DNA from: Selaginella moellendorffii
Lineage: Eukaryota; Plantae; Lycopodiophyta
Direction: 5' to 3'
DNA: 64,000 nt
Assembly (NCBI RefSeq): GCF_000143415.4
Contig: NW_003314319.1
Span: forward strand, 1,115,683 to 1,179,682
Positions 48,601 through 62,884 of the stretch are shown here, one piece after another. Made by a program: the position numbers and the translations under genes. Each line of letters opens with the position of its first letter. Position 1 is the first letter of the stretch. A model generated the notes under the pieces. That model was not told where the DNA came from. It saw only the letters and a list, made by a program, of their open reading frames with translations, and searched no databases.

Positions 48601-51421
48601 AAGGAGTGGTTCCTCAATTTGGGCATGCTCACCTTATAATCCCACACACTGGGATTACTGTTGCTACTTATGGGCCTCCATATGTCCATCACTAGCCTTG
48701 CCAAAATTCCATTTTTGGCTTTGTCCAAATCGGGTAGACGGATTCCTCCTGTCTCCACAACCTTGGACGTTTGGATAGCACCTCCTATCCATCATTCGCT
48801 AGGGACTTTATCCCTTGGGCCTTATCTATTGCCCTCGTGACACTAAACACCACCTCTTGGTGTTCTAGAGTGTTTAGGTGTCCCAATGATGGCCTCCGTG
48901 ACAATAAGCATTTCCTTTTATGACATTGACTTACTATGTTGCAACATAAGCAATTTTTCCCTCATAAGGGTATATCTAACTTTTTTATCCCAATAAAAGG
49001 TTTTAGGTAGTTACCTTCTACCAATTTAACTAATTATTTTGCATCTTCTGCTTAGTTGCCTCATAGTCGTCAAGTCCTACAACTCATTGTTGTTGCTTCC
49101 ACACTCCATCATTATTTGGGTCACCACACTTTAATCACATGCCTTCTAACTTAGGCTATGCCATTCCCATTTCCATTAGGATTCCTTTGGAAGGGGTTCT
49201 CATAAACCCGCCAACTTAACCTCAAGGCAGCATGCCTTGGCACATTCGATGTCTCCACACCATCGACTCTACGAGCCTACCTATATGACACTTCTTACTT
49301 GTGTCTAAGTCTTTTTGCCAAGACTAATATGGTTGTCTCTTATGCCAATTATCCATTAGCATTGCACCATAGAGTCCACGCACAACTTTGTGTCAAAGTT
49401 GTTTTCTTCTGGGAAACCCTTTCCCACGACTTTAGCATGGCACCTTCTGCCATCAATGAGATACCTACTGTTTTCATACTTGGATCTTAAGATCCTCCCC
49501 ATCCTTCATGGGGCACCACACACCTCAATCTAAATGTTTTTACCAATCCTTTAGGATCATCCTTTGACTCTACTTGAGTCATCTAGCATTTTCGGACTTT
49601 GCCAATCCAATGACCCATAAGGTCCTATTTTTGAGGTGCCGCACATTGGAATACAACTTCATGTATTCATGTCCTTCTCCTAAGGACCATCTTTGCAAGT
49701 GTCACTCTAACACTTTATTATTTTCCGTTCTCTGTGGGCTACCTTTGCCCCTTTGTAAGCGACTAATTTTTCTATTCTACTTTAGTCACTTAACCACACC
49801 TCCGACCACTTGGAGGAGTCTCATTCACAACCTCCATAAGTCCAACTCAGGACTTGGGGCTTGCTAGCCCCGAGAATGGCATCCATGCCACTCAACCTTA
49901 GCACTTGGTCCAAGTGCTCCACGTGTCCGATCCCATGATCGACACCCCAAGGTACCACCGACGTATCAGCCCGTTACGCTAAGGCCATGCCCATTTACCT
50001 TGGTCACACTGGTGGTCCAACACCACATGCATTCCAATCCCGTCTCTCAAAGACTGGGTCATCCGTCCATGAGTGATCATCCTAAATCCACTCGTTAACA
50101 TCCTTAAGATGCCTATAGACATGGGGAATAGCCTTCCCCAATATCTCTGTTCCAGTCCCCACCAAGTCCCTTTCTGTCCTTGGCTGTGTTCGCCAACACT
50201 GCTACTGGATCAAGGCCCACTGGCCCGACCACTAAGTCCCACTATCCTCTAGGACTTCCTCACTGTGTGACTGTGTCCTTGGTCACCACACCAGAGGGCT
50301 ACCCCTCTTCCTTTCCACAGTCTGGGACTTCGGGACACCATTTCAGAACATCGTGGCCCTACGTGGGCCTTATGGTTACTCTCCCCACCTTCCGCCTTTG
50401 GGTGCTCTAGCCATGGGCTTAGAGCGAGGTTCCGTTGAGCCACGCCAGGTATCCAAGTAGGTAGTGCCACCCACACTTGGACTGGGAGCATCGGCCAGTC
50501 GATCTCCCGGGGGAACTAGAGCCGGCTCTTGAACACTTCACCAAGCTACCCCGCTTGTCGGTCCGTATTCACTCTAGTCTTGGACTTCCCAGTGGTCGGT
50601 TCATCACCCAACACTAGGTATGGCCTTCCTGGACCAAACTGGCCCTTCCTGGGCCAAACTGGCCCTTCCTGGCCAAACTGGCTCCACTGGGCTCCAACCC
50701 CCACACTCTCCCTACTATACTTTTGGAACCCCCCGCAGCCCCCCCCCCCTGGGGGACGATTGCTTTGGGCTTTCACCCAACTGCCTGTATTAGTATTCGG
50801 ACTCGGACTCGGGCTCGAACTCGGACTCGGACTCGGTCTCGGTCCCGGTTTCGGACTCAGACTCGGTCTCGGCCTTGGTCTCGGTCTCGGTTTCGGGTCC
50901 ATCTCGGACTCCATCTCGGGTCCATCTCGGACTCCATCTCGGGTTCATCTCGGACTCCATCTCGGACTCCATCTTGGACAAGCTCTATTTTGTTAAAGTG
51001 GGAATTGTCATTATCCCATTTGTAAAATAAGGTTTCCAAACCTTTATATAGTATATAAATATAACAAAATTCAACTGCATTGAGGCACATGCCATTTTAT
51101 TTTAAACAAGGAAATGTCTACTCAATCACTTCTCCTCCCCCTGCCACTGCTTCACCTCTCTCTTCTCCTTGTCATCGTCGTCCAATTTCTTTCCATCCTT
51201 TTAATATTGGCTCAGTTGCTCCGAGTCTAGGTGGAGCCCAAGTCCCCATTCAATCTTTACTTTCCCCTTATTAATAAAAAAACTTCGTAAACTTCCAATA
51301 ACATGCTGTAACACTTCTAGTATAATGCAAATCCTCTCAAAGAATTGTCTTTTAATATTAATACAATGGCATGGAACCCCATGCCATAATAAGTTACATT
51401 TTTAAATAAATACATGCCATC

Positions 51422-52306
51422 TTAGACTGTTATTTTTTGCCTCCAACGCCTATACAATAATCTTGGAATTTCATCACTCTCCACACTATCAGGATTTAAA
51501 CCCAATAGTAATGCCATCTCTTCTCTAATACGTCCACGCTCATGTTCAGTGGTCGAAGAACCCATCCGGTTGAGCAGATTATGGAGATGTGGATAGTGCT
51601 TGGCTAGACAATATACATGCCATAAATGATGATTGGTGTCTGTCCGATCAAATGGCTTCTGATATACCATTCCATCTGCCATTTGGTTGATTTCTGCAGC
51701 CACCTCCTGGACTGGCCGGTTCTCTATCACCATCGCTTCAAGCCGTTTTGCAAGGTCCCCCAGAACATACGGTTTCTTCTCCCTAGTTTTCATACTGCAA
51801 GAGATGGGGTGCACTGCATATGTGTGCGTGTTCGCTGCAGTTTTAATCAGCGAGTCATCGATGATGAGGATTTCACTTGACCTAGCAGTCCGGTTCATCA
51901 CTACAGCCTCTAGCTTGACGAAGATGGGCTTGCTACCCCTCACATGGACCATAGTCAAGCAATCCTCCTACGTTAGGAGAAAGTCAAATGGTAATATTAC
52001 TCGCGTCTGATCGTGCATCATCTGTAGCAACGTTAATGCATTGTGGCGCATCATGGATGTCCAAACTCCCAATTGCAAATTGAACCCGGCCCTCTGTTTT
52101 AAGTGTCGCATGGTCATTATTAGATCCCGCAGTTTCTCCCCTGTGATTAATGTGAATCTGTCTCTTTTGACCAACTTGCGACTGCAGGCTTTGGAGGGTG
52201 CAGTGAGATTCAAGGACGAGCCACGCTCATGGGAGAAAAGGACACCGTTCAGATCAAAAACGATACAGTACCTTCGCCGTGACTCTGAAATGAAATGTGT
52301 CAGCAT
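51422..52306 (-). pseudogene. FCP1/NIF-like phosphatase, copy 2 (premature TAG at 51968)
   Basis: Same sequence as copy 1, split into 112-aa and 178-aa ORFs by one stop. Confidence 0.72.
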
Positions 52307-54245
52307 AAAAAATGGTACAAGTCAATTTTACCATCTACAATATTAGCGAATGGTGCTCCTGATGGTCGTTCAGAGGGTTTTGGTCGAGGAAACGTGAAGG
52401 GTGGAAATACTCTCCTCTGCAATGTGGGGTCAATCGCATCCGATGGCGTGTGGGCACATGCCATTTCAGCTGTAGACTCTGGTACAACTGGCTCAACAGT
52501 GGCATGGGGTGGTTCCGATGGCGTGTGATCACACGCCATTTCAGCTGGTGCCTCCGTTGGCAAAGTGGACATGACCGAACAGGCAGCAGGGGCAGTGTAG
52601 GGAGGTTCCAACGGCGCGTAGTCAGACGATTGGGCACACGTTGGAAATGAGGATACGACCGGCTCGGCGGCTGGGGCGGCCTCATGCGGGTCCAATGGCG
52701 CCTGGTCACCGTCAGTTGGATACGTGGACAAGATTGACTCAGTGGTATGGGTAGCATCAAGTGGAGCGTGGTCAGCTTGCTTGGCGTTGATATGGATAGT
52801 AACCTCCACCAGCTCTGATGACTCTTGCAGGCAAGTAGAGTCCACTGGCGGATCCATATGCATGTCCAAATATCTCTCTTCGATTGAGATGGTATCCTCC
52901 CTACTGGCTACTAAAAACAAACTCATTAGCACATTGAATCGACTATACTGTATTTACCATCAACTGCTATTGAGGAACTAGGACTGATATCACTTGGGCG
53001 CACTGCTGATTCTGAAGGATTGGACATACGTTTCGACCCTTGCTTGGCACTATCCTTCCTCGACACTAAAGGCTAGAGTTTGTATCTTAATTCAATTGAA
53101 TAATCTCTACTTACCATTTCTTCTGCGACCTACATGGACAATGTTAGAAATGGTAAAAGGTTAGGAATGGATGTACTATTATTTACCTGATGGTTTGTCT
53201 TGTATGACCTTCCTCCGCTGCTCTTTGGCCACCTCAGGCTGGCCATCGTCGTCATCATCGTCATCGTCGTTATTGTGATCGTCACCATTGTGAGGACCAT
53301 CCAAGTCCTCTTTGTCCTCCTCTTCTTCGTCCTCCTCTTCTTCGTCCTCCTCTTCTTTGTCCTCCTCTTCGTCCTTCTGCTCTTCCTGCTCATTATCTTT
53401 CTCTGGCTCCTCATCCCCCTCCTGCATTTCTTCCATAGGCTGCTCAGGCTGGATGGCTTGTTTTTCCAGGACCATCTTGGGAAAATCATCTGGCCGAGTC
53501 TCCATTTCAAAATACAAGACATCCATAGCCTGTTTTAGTGCGTGACCTAGGACCGTATCCTCACCCGACTGTCTTAACATGGTTTCTGCATGTTCTTGCA
53601 CCCTTCGAAGACAACGAGATGAGAAAAATGTGGCCCTGACTTGAAAAGCATCCCTCATCCATTGTACCTCTCCATTGAGATTGGGGAAGGGGAGTCCGCC
53701 ATAGGAATCTGAGTAAGAAGGTGGTGACTGGCTCCTTTCACTCAGCCCTTGATCTGCAATGAATGGCATGAGCACACACGCCATAACCGCGAGGCATTAC
53801 CTATCATCTTTTCGTTGCCCTTCTTCCTTTTCGAATCAAACGCCTCTGATCCCGACGACTGTCCAACGTGCTTTCGCTTTTTATGACCACTGTCAGTTTG
53901 AGCTTGGCTGGTGCTTGCCTGTTTTGCCTTTGAAGAAGTGTCTCCTGCAAGGAATGGCATGAGACCACACGCCATTGCAAATATAATTTGTACCTCCTTT
54001 TTTCCTATTGCTTGTCTGTTTGTCCTTCTTCGACGCGCCACCAGTGCGCTTTTCAGTCCTCGTGTCTGAATATTCACAACGATCTATAATCAAAATGGCG
54101 TGAGGCCTCACGTGACCTTACCTTGTGCAGGTTGTGAGCTCGGCCTAACATCAGTAGCTGTTAACGCCGTTTCAGCATCTGGGGGTGGCCACGCTCCTGC
54201 ATACAAAGCTTGTGAGATAACATTTAAACTTAAAGTGCGTACTCA

Positions 54246-56803
54246 CCAGGTTCATAGAGAAGATACTGTTTTTCTTTGGCAACTGTAATTATATGCTCCA
54301 TTGAAGTCACCTCTTCAATGGAGTTTGTCACCGCAACACACGGGACACCCTTGAGTAGTGCGGCTCGAAAGAATAGTCCGCCACAGTTGTACTCGACAAC
54401 GCATTTGCCCTTGGAGTCACCCGCTATTGCGTTGAAGACCCAGCTGAGCATTTCCCATGCTGCACCTGGAGCTTTCTTTGGATTCGAAAGCTCCATAGCC
54501 GTCTTCAGTTCCTCAGGCACGGGTAAATTGATCTCCCTCAGATCAATTCGATCGGCCTTGTTGAACGAAGCTGGGAAGTCACTCCAGTCCCACTCTGTCA
54601 CAGGACCAATAACAAGGGCGAGTGTGAAGATGCGGACATTCGTCGGTATCTTCTTCTTAGCCATTATCCCATGGATCTCCCGCATCTCCTTGCCTTTCAA
54701 CCGAGCCTTCACCTCGTTCAAGGCCTTCCAGAACTTGTGATAGGATTCGGAGATCATATAGTGGACTGAAGATTCCACCTCCGCAAGTCCCACCATTAAG
54801 TCAATGATGGAGCTGACTTCGTCTGCATGAGTGATCTCCTTGTTTGTGAAGTCCATCACACAAAAGATGTTCTTGACCTGCTCATCTCCGCAGGAAACGA
54901 TGCTCCTCCACCTCTGATCCTCATCCGAATTCACGTATACCCGGTAAGGTTCTCGATAGGCCTCTGTTGCGGGGTCGAGCTGTTTCTGAAGCCGGCGGTC
55001 GACATCCCTCTTAATGAAATTTGGATACTAATCCAACTTCTCAGCTTTACTTTTCGTGGCATCCCACAGCAGATCGATGAACTTGGGGGCCCCCTTCACG
55101 TAGTCGTCGATGTCTTCATTTGACAACTTCAGCTCTTCCATCATCTCTTGCGTGGTGTCGATGCTCACCCTCTCCACGGCCACTTGCTCGAAGATCCAAT
55201 CCTTCAATAGCGCACGAGCTCTCAGAGTCGTGCACAAGTCCTCGTATGTCACAATATGGCCGGGAGTCATTTTGGTCTTGTTGAAGACTACCTCACCACG
55301 TAGAAGAGCATTAGCCACTGTCAGAAGGTCGTCGTCGTCTAGAGACCGCAAGAAACGCAAGGCCTTGAGCTTCAAATCATTGGGCTTCCGGCCGTCCTCC
55401 ACACCCATTGAGTTTAGCAACTCCCCATCATGGTACCTCCTCAGCACATCTACCCATTTGTCAAAAACAACTTTTGTCGCGAGTAGAATGTTATGGATGC
55501 TGAGTGTGTCATTGACCCCCAGTGTTTTCGAGAGAAGACTCGAGAATTCCTGCAATGGAAATGGCGTGAGGCCACATGCTATGCCACATGCAACAAGGCT
55601 TACCTGCCAGGCGCTAGTTGCTAGTGCACGTCCTTGTCCTGGTTTTTGTGGCTTCTTCAGTTGAACCCAGAGCTTCTGTGTTCGTGCCAATGTCTCATGC
55701 AGACCCGATTTGTAGCATGTTTCTTGCTTGACATTCTGCGCGTGGGAGATGTATATGATAGATCAGAGGGGCGAGTTGCCTTTTATCAGGCGGACAACTC
55801 TTGTCTTGAAGACTTTCTTCACCTCCTCGCCCACCATAATATCCACAACTATCTGTTGCATCGCCAAGCTAGAATGCTGCCCGGAGATGGCATAGAACCG
55901 GATGTTCTGATCGTCCAACACCTTCCTATTGATCAAGTCTGGAAACCTCGTCTCGCCCTTCATTGTTCGGTAGTAGGGGATCACGTCTGCGATGTCGGGT
56001 GTTACTGGACTTGCCAGCATCTTCTGCTTCAGTTTCTCCACCCACTCATCAGATACTAGCATGTGGTTGTATTTGCTTTGGATGTCGATACGGCTCACGT
56101 CGATTGTATATACTTTGTTGGAATAGTAACAAGTACTATTATCTGCGACGATTTTTGCTGCCTCTTCTTGCTCTTTCTGCTCTTTGCAGCTCTTCTTTTT
56201 GGTGGGTGTAGTGTTCGAACCCGAGGCAATGGCATCACCGAGTAGCTTCTTTTTTGGAGCAGCAGAGTCGGACGTCGGCTTGAGCTTGACCACCCTTTTC
56301 TGCTTCGGGGTAGTTTCCAAATCGACCCCCTTCCCCTTCGCTTCGCAAACTGGAGGCACTCTCAACGGCTCAATGTTGGAATATAGTTTTTGAACATCGC
56401 CATAGGTGAGGTCCGTGGATTCCATGTGATCTTCATAGACCCGCAGCGTCTTTGAAATTGTGGGCCTCCTGGACAACCTCTCCCTAGCTCCCTCTAGGAA
56501 TTCCTCATAGCCGCTGCCCTCCTCCGGGAAGCCGCTAGGATGTGCAAGGTGGATCTTGAAGGCGGACGCTGTCTCTACCACAAGTGCCAGTCCATATTCT
56601 TGCATGGAACTGCATGGAGTGTCTATCACTTGGATGAGGATCCCCATGCATTCTTTTCTCCCATTATCTGTGTTGTACAGCCTCAAATCCTCGCCTTCCA
56701 TCCCGAAAGTCCAACTGGTGAGCTCCTCCCCCTTCTCTGCATCCACATTGACAGTGGCTGGAAGAAGAACGCAATTCCTCGCCTGTTCAGAAATGCACAA
56801 CAA
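54246..56803 (-). pseudogene. Same ParB-like cargo gene, copy 2
   Basis: ORFs 55763-56803, 55028-55690 and 54230-54934 lie in one frame separated by point stops. Confidence 0.5.
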
Positions 56804-59392
56804 TTAAAGCTGACAGATGAAAAGCTAGCAGCTGGAAATAACGTGAGGCCACACGCCATTCACCACTGCATCAGATGTCTTGAGGCTGCATCCTAAGATG
56901 GCGTGAGGCTACACGCCATCTGTAACCGGACTGCACTCGAGAGCCCAATCGGTGCATGCCAATGTTGCTACTGAATGGCATGTGGCCTCATGCCATTTTC
57001 TACTTGGCCTAAAAGACTTACCATTTGAAGCCGAATGGAGGCCGTGACAATCGAGGCCGGACTCGTTGGCGAATGTGCACTATGTGTGCAGTAGATCGTA
57101 GCAGCAAGGCTACTCTGCCACTTACAGTTGGAGAGTGGTGCTGAAATCTCCCGGGACGCCAAGTGGGCTGCGTGTGGGTGGCAGAGTGGGCGGCGGAGTT
57201 GGCGGCGAAGTTACAAACTGGGTGTGTCTTGAAGTGGACGCCGATGCACATGAGCGCGATGCGAGCGCGAGTGTGATGCAAGCGCGAGTGGACGCCGATG
57301 CACACGAGAAACCTGTAGAGCGCGAATGTGAGCGTGATCGCGAGTGGGAGCGCGATGCGAGCGCGAGTGTGATGCGAGCGCGAGCGCGAGTGTGATGCGA
57401 GCGCGAGCGCGAGTACTCAGCAAAATGCAAAACCTAACCTCACACGCGCGAAATGTCACAACGGTTGGTAATCCCGCCGCATCATCATTCCTCGGACTTG
57501 GGCGCCACCATTAATTTCTGGATTGCCGCGCGCATGCAAGCACGCAAAATCCAAAAGAAATCCGCAACGTCATCATTCCTCGGACTGCATGCACGCGAAA
57601 TCCAAAAGAAAGATCATGATTGGGATATCATTTAATACCCTCGCTATATTTATACCATGCATGATTGGATATTCCAAAGCATCTTGTATTTCCAAAAATG
57701 GCAGATGTTCAGCTAAATAAAGAAATTCTATCTGTTTCTATTTTTCTCTCAAATCAATATTATAGCGTGTGGGCTCATGCAATTTTGAACCAAAGAAACC
57801 CAAAAAACGTTGGACCCAAAATATTTTGAAAAAACCTAAAAAACCCTAAACATTTTAAACCCAAAAATCCAGGCGTCCTGTGGCGTTATTCTTTGAATGG
57901 CGTGTGGGCGCATGCCATTTTCAGGGCCAAATGCTGAATGGAGAAAAATTCCCTTTCAGTGCAAATGCTGCAAGAGGCAGATGCCGAGCACAAAGGACTG
58001 TAACTACCTCACATGACACAGATAAACTTTTCTCTATTTGGCAAAGATAAACTTTATAGCGTGTGGGCTCATGCAATTTTGAACCCAAAAAATGCACCAA
58101 AAAATTCTCGGCGCCATCTGGCGTTATCTCTTGAATGGCGTGGGGCTGCATGCCATTTTCAGGGGCACATAGGAGTATATTCCTAGAATATTCTGATATG
58201 CGCGAGATTTTTTTGAGTTTTCTGGACCGTTATTTTGCTCCAAGATTCTACAGTTTGGTGTGCATTGACCTTTCCATCGACACTGCAAAGGGACATCAAA
58301 ATCAGATGTGGGATCACAAGAAACCAACTTCACTAACTCTGGTTTCACCAAGATCTACGTAAGGAGTTATGAAATGAAAGGACCCTCTCTATTAAAATGT
58401 GTTTATGGTCCTGACATATCAAAGGATTTTGCATCAAGTTCTGTATTTGCATGTTTATCAAGCTACTGAATTGCTAAACCCTAAACCCTAAACATGTGGC
58501 AAATGCTGCGTGAAGAAAGATGCCCTTTCTGGGCAAATGCTGTAAGAGGCAGATGCCGAGCAGTTACACGGCGAATAATCTTGGCGCGGATCGCTGATAT
58601 GGCATGGCAAAGTTCGAATCACTGACATGGCACAGCTGGATCGAGGCAAGGACATGATGTGACAAAGTTCAACCTCCGACAGCAAAGTCTAGAAGCTACT
58701 CAGTTTGAAATTTGTCAGAGGAATCATAAGATCTGGTTTGTCAGAGGATTTGATGTGACGTTCAAGCGTGTGTTATTTTTGAATTCTCGAACTCATTCCT
58801 AGGTCTATCATTTTTGTGCGCCGTGTTCTTGGTTCTGCTGAGCGCAGTGAGTGCTGCTTGTGTAAGCGGTGTTGTGGGCTGTGGTTTATGCGTCTACGAG
58901 CGGTTCCGGCATTGCGAGCGCCATTGCGAGCGGCAGTTTATGCGAGTGGTAGTTTGTGCGAGCGGCGCTACGAGCAATTGCGGTGTTGCGAGCGGCGCTA
59001 CGAGTAGTTGCGGTGTTGTGAGCGGCACTGTCTTTGGTGTGGCTACCGCTTCCTCTTGATATTCGGCACTTGTGCTTCCTGGTATGTTCACCATGGAATG
59101 GCTTAGGACCACATTTAGAAATGGCATGAGGCAACATGCCATCTTGGGCCCTTGCAATTTCATGGCTAGCGTATTGTCATGTATGTTTTTACTTGCCTGC
59201 AGCTGTGTGTATATCAAGATGGCATGAGGCCTCATGCCAATTTTGTAAATGCGAAATTTCACGTGGGTGTCAATAGCATGTTTGAATAATGGCATATGGC
59301 CTCATGCTATTGAGGTTGTTTGGTATGTTATGATTTAGGCCATTCTCCAATCATTTTTTGTATGGTCTTAACTTCTTTTCTGCACTTTCAGA

Positions 59393-61968
59393 ATGGCCTC
59401 CGCAAGTGCGACGCATGTTCCCTCCGTGGATCTTAAGAACCGTGCTACATGGATTCAGGCAAAGGTGTTTCTAAACAACCCCAAGGGGGAGGTGGTAGCT
59501 GAGGGCTTAGCCATAGTTGTCGATCCAAGAGATGCGGTTGCTAATCAAGAATTGGGCTAGGATAATATTGGAGTTGCGATTTTAGAGGTTGTTGACACAG
59601 AAGAAAATAGTCTGACTATTGGAAGCATTGTGTGGTGGAAATTGAGGCACTTAGTGTTTGAGAATGTGAAGGATTCACAATCAAACACCACTACAACTGA
59701 TGACAGAACATCTCTTCATGGGAAAAGAAAGTACACCTTCCTAAAGCGCAGCCAAAGGGATCTGAGCAACGAACCGAAAAGGCAGAAAATGGCGATGGAG
59801 GTTCGAATGGTCTCAACAGTTGCTTGTTGCAAGAGGAGGTGCTGTCAACATGCTGATTGGGATGCTATTGAAGAGGAGAGAGCAAGATACAAGACATTGT
59901 CCTGGAAGGCAGCTCGCAATTTTGTGTATGAGGCATTACGGTCATCTGTTGATGCTTCAGAACATCAGGTGGGGGGCATGGTCTTCTAGAGGGGTTTGGT
60001 CTGCATGAAGGCATAGAGAATCATTTATGGAGTCCCTCGAACCACATTCTACAGAATCAAAACTGAGTTCAAGGAACAAAGGGTTCAACAGGCAGTCCAT
60101 GGGAACGACGGTACGCACAAAACCAGGGGTCATGTTGTATATGGAGAGGCAATCTTCAAGAGGTTTGTCGAGACATGTAGCGAGCAGCAACCACATAAAA
60201 CCCGCCTCTTGGAAGATGGAACACGAGACACCCAACGAGTTCTCCCTTCCATGTATACCAAGGGGGCCATATTGGAAGATGTGAATCGGGAACTCCAGAG
60301 TAATGGCTACAGGAAGCTGAGCCAATCTAGATTTAGTAGATTGTGGAGCAACAGGTTCAGGGATGTGAGTATAGGAAAGTACTCCAGCTTTTCAAAGTGT
60401 GACGAGTGCACTGCTATCAAAATGGCTTTGTACCTCTATGGGGTGGCGGGGGTGCAAACATGATGATTGCGTCCCTAGCAAAACACTTAAGGTCTCTGCA
60501 AAGTGCGCAGACTGAGCTGAACAGCCAACCCTTGCATAAGGCCCTTGTCGATCGAACCCCATACAGGGTTCAGCTGGAGGAGGAGCAAAGGCTTGCAGTA
60601 TCGCGTGGGGCCCCATGCCATCCCAGTGAATATGTTGGCCATCAGATTGTAGGGTTATCACGTGAGGCCTCATGCCATTCCGACGAGGCTGGTCGCCCGG
60701 TGAATGCACAGCCTCATCCAAACGAAGTAGAATCTCAAGGAAGTTCTTGCGGCCGATGTGGCCTTCCACCCCATCTTCTGCTCCAAACAGACAATGCTGG
60801 CAGTGAGAACAAAAACATGTACGTCTTTGCGTACTTGGCGATGCTTGTTGCCAAAGGCATATTTGAAACGGTTACACTTGGCTTTCTCATGGTTGGGCAC
60901 ACTCATGAAGACGTCGATGCCATGTTCAGTCACCTGGCAGAGTCCCTCCGGCGATCCAATGTCCTCACCCTCCCACAACTCTACGATGAATTCCAAAATT
61001 GCATCAAAGGCACTGTTGAAGCTGCACTTGTGACAGAGGTTCCAGACTTTAAGGGGTTTGTAAGAGGCTACATCAGGGACGGATCCGAAACGCTGATTGG
61101 CCACTCCAAGCCTCTTCAGTTTCATTTCAGCATGTGTGACGGTGCTCCAGTGATGAGGTACAAGATGAGAGAATGGGACACAGTGTGGCTGCCAGTGGAC
61201 GGCATTGAACTCTTCAAGAGAGATCCCATAACTGGGGAACCTATGATTCCTCAGGGTTCCCCACGTCCGATACACCCGGATGGACTCAAAGACCAGGAAA
61301 GTATAGTGGCCGGGATTAGACAGCATATTGCCTTCTGGAAGAGGGGGTTGGTGTTTGGTGGAGAATCCTATTTTCAGAGGTGCAAGCCTTTGCTCGAATA
61401 CTGGGAGAAGATTATATCTGCTATCCAAAATGGGCCGGTTGTATATGAAGAATTGGAAGAGTCCTTTTGGCCAGAACCCAGAGCACCAGATAGTAGCGGA
61501 ACAATGTCCTCTAGAAATGCAGTGACAGATAACGATGTTGAGGATCACTATTGTGGGCCGAGGAACAAGAAGCCGGATTCAGCATTCAATCCAGTACAGG
61601 TCTACAAAGGAATGGTCGTGCTTGTCAGACCCAGTAATAAAAAACAAATGATATGGGTGGGGCGTTGCATCACTGATGCAGAGGAGGACGCAGAAACTAA
61701 CTCCTTTAATGTAACTGTGGAGTGGTTCAAGCCAAGTTCCGGATATACGAAGGATTGCCTAGAAAAGAGATGGGTGCTGAATCCAAGGGATCCCAGCATG
61801 AGCATATCGGTGGATAATGTTGTGCATGGTTGGATGCGGAAGCAGAGTGCCACCATCACCTTGCTAGACCATGCAAGAGATGCAGCAAAAGCATTCATAA
61901 CCCGGGTTCAAGGTGAGATTCATGAATATTCCTTTACTAAGTTTCTAATGTATTTTATTTCAAGGTGA
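59393..61968 (+). pseudogene. Sola-type transposase, copy 2 (292-bp internal deletion, shared stops)
   Basis: QTDNAGSENKN and GHTHEDVDAMFS are intact, but the segment equivalent to 38980-39271 is deleted between CTTTGT microhomologies. Confidence 0.82.
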
Positions 61969-62524
61969 ACAATCCGAATCTGAATCAGAGGAGGCGTGAT
62001 GGCATGTGGCCTTATGGTGAGATGATACAAATAACAAGTATAATTCTTAGTTGTTCTAGCAAATCTTACTTAAAGTTCAAGGTGAACAAGCCGAATATGA
62101 ATTCATCAAATTGTTATAACAANNNNNNNNNNNNNNNNNNNNNNNNNNNNNNNNNNNNNNNNNNNNNNNNNNNNNNNNNNNNNNNNNNNNNNNNNNNNNN
62201 NNNNNNNNNNNNNNNNNNNNNNNNNNNNNNNNNNNNNNNNNNNNNNNNNNNNNNNNNNNNNNNNNNNNNNNNNNNNNNNNNNNNNNNNNNNNNNNNNNNN
62301 NNNNNNNNNNNNNNNNNNNNNNNNNNNNNNNGCATTGAATTTCTATCCTTGCATAATACTTCTCCATATATATAGCATGTGCGCACATATGATATGGTTC
62401 ATTAGGCCTGATATAGTGTGTGAGGTAAAACAAAGATGATGTGACATATGCATTTACCAATCACACGTGCATAAATCTAATAATATGGCGTGTGGCCCAT
62501 ATTAATGGCACATAAACCCATATT

Positions 62525-62884
62525 GTGGGCTTACGTGCTTTATGTACCATCATTCCCTTGCAGCGTGTGTGTTGGTTTCCTTTTATAACACAACGAACTC
62601 CATATTTTAGGGTGAAGAGCGTTCTCATGGCAAGCACAAAATCTGTAAATGAGGCAGAAAAGGAGACGGAGAAGGAGATAGGTGAAGATGTAGAATATAT
62701 AAGTCTTCCAAACTCCCCGTACTATACTCCAGGTGATCATTTTTCTGAACAAACGGCAACATTAACAACTATCGAGAACGCCCCAGTAACGTCAGAGACA
62801 ACAATCCAAAGCAAAACAACTGACCCGGAGAAGGATGATAGTACCGCTGAGAGTACCAAAAAGGAGGTGTCCACTAGCGCTTAG
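62525..62884 (+). CDS. Small right-end ORF/exon of the Sola-like element, unknown function (truncated by deletion in copy 1, 41384-41659)
   Basis: Amino-acid-level conservation with the ancient relic at 10550-10875 supports past coding function. Confidence 0.45.
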   Translation: MGLRALCTIIPLQRVCWFPFITQRTPYFRVKSVLMASTKSVNEAEKETEKEIGEDVEYISLPNSPYYTPGDHFSEQTATLTTIENAPVTSETTIQSKTTDPEKDDSTAESTKKEVSTSA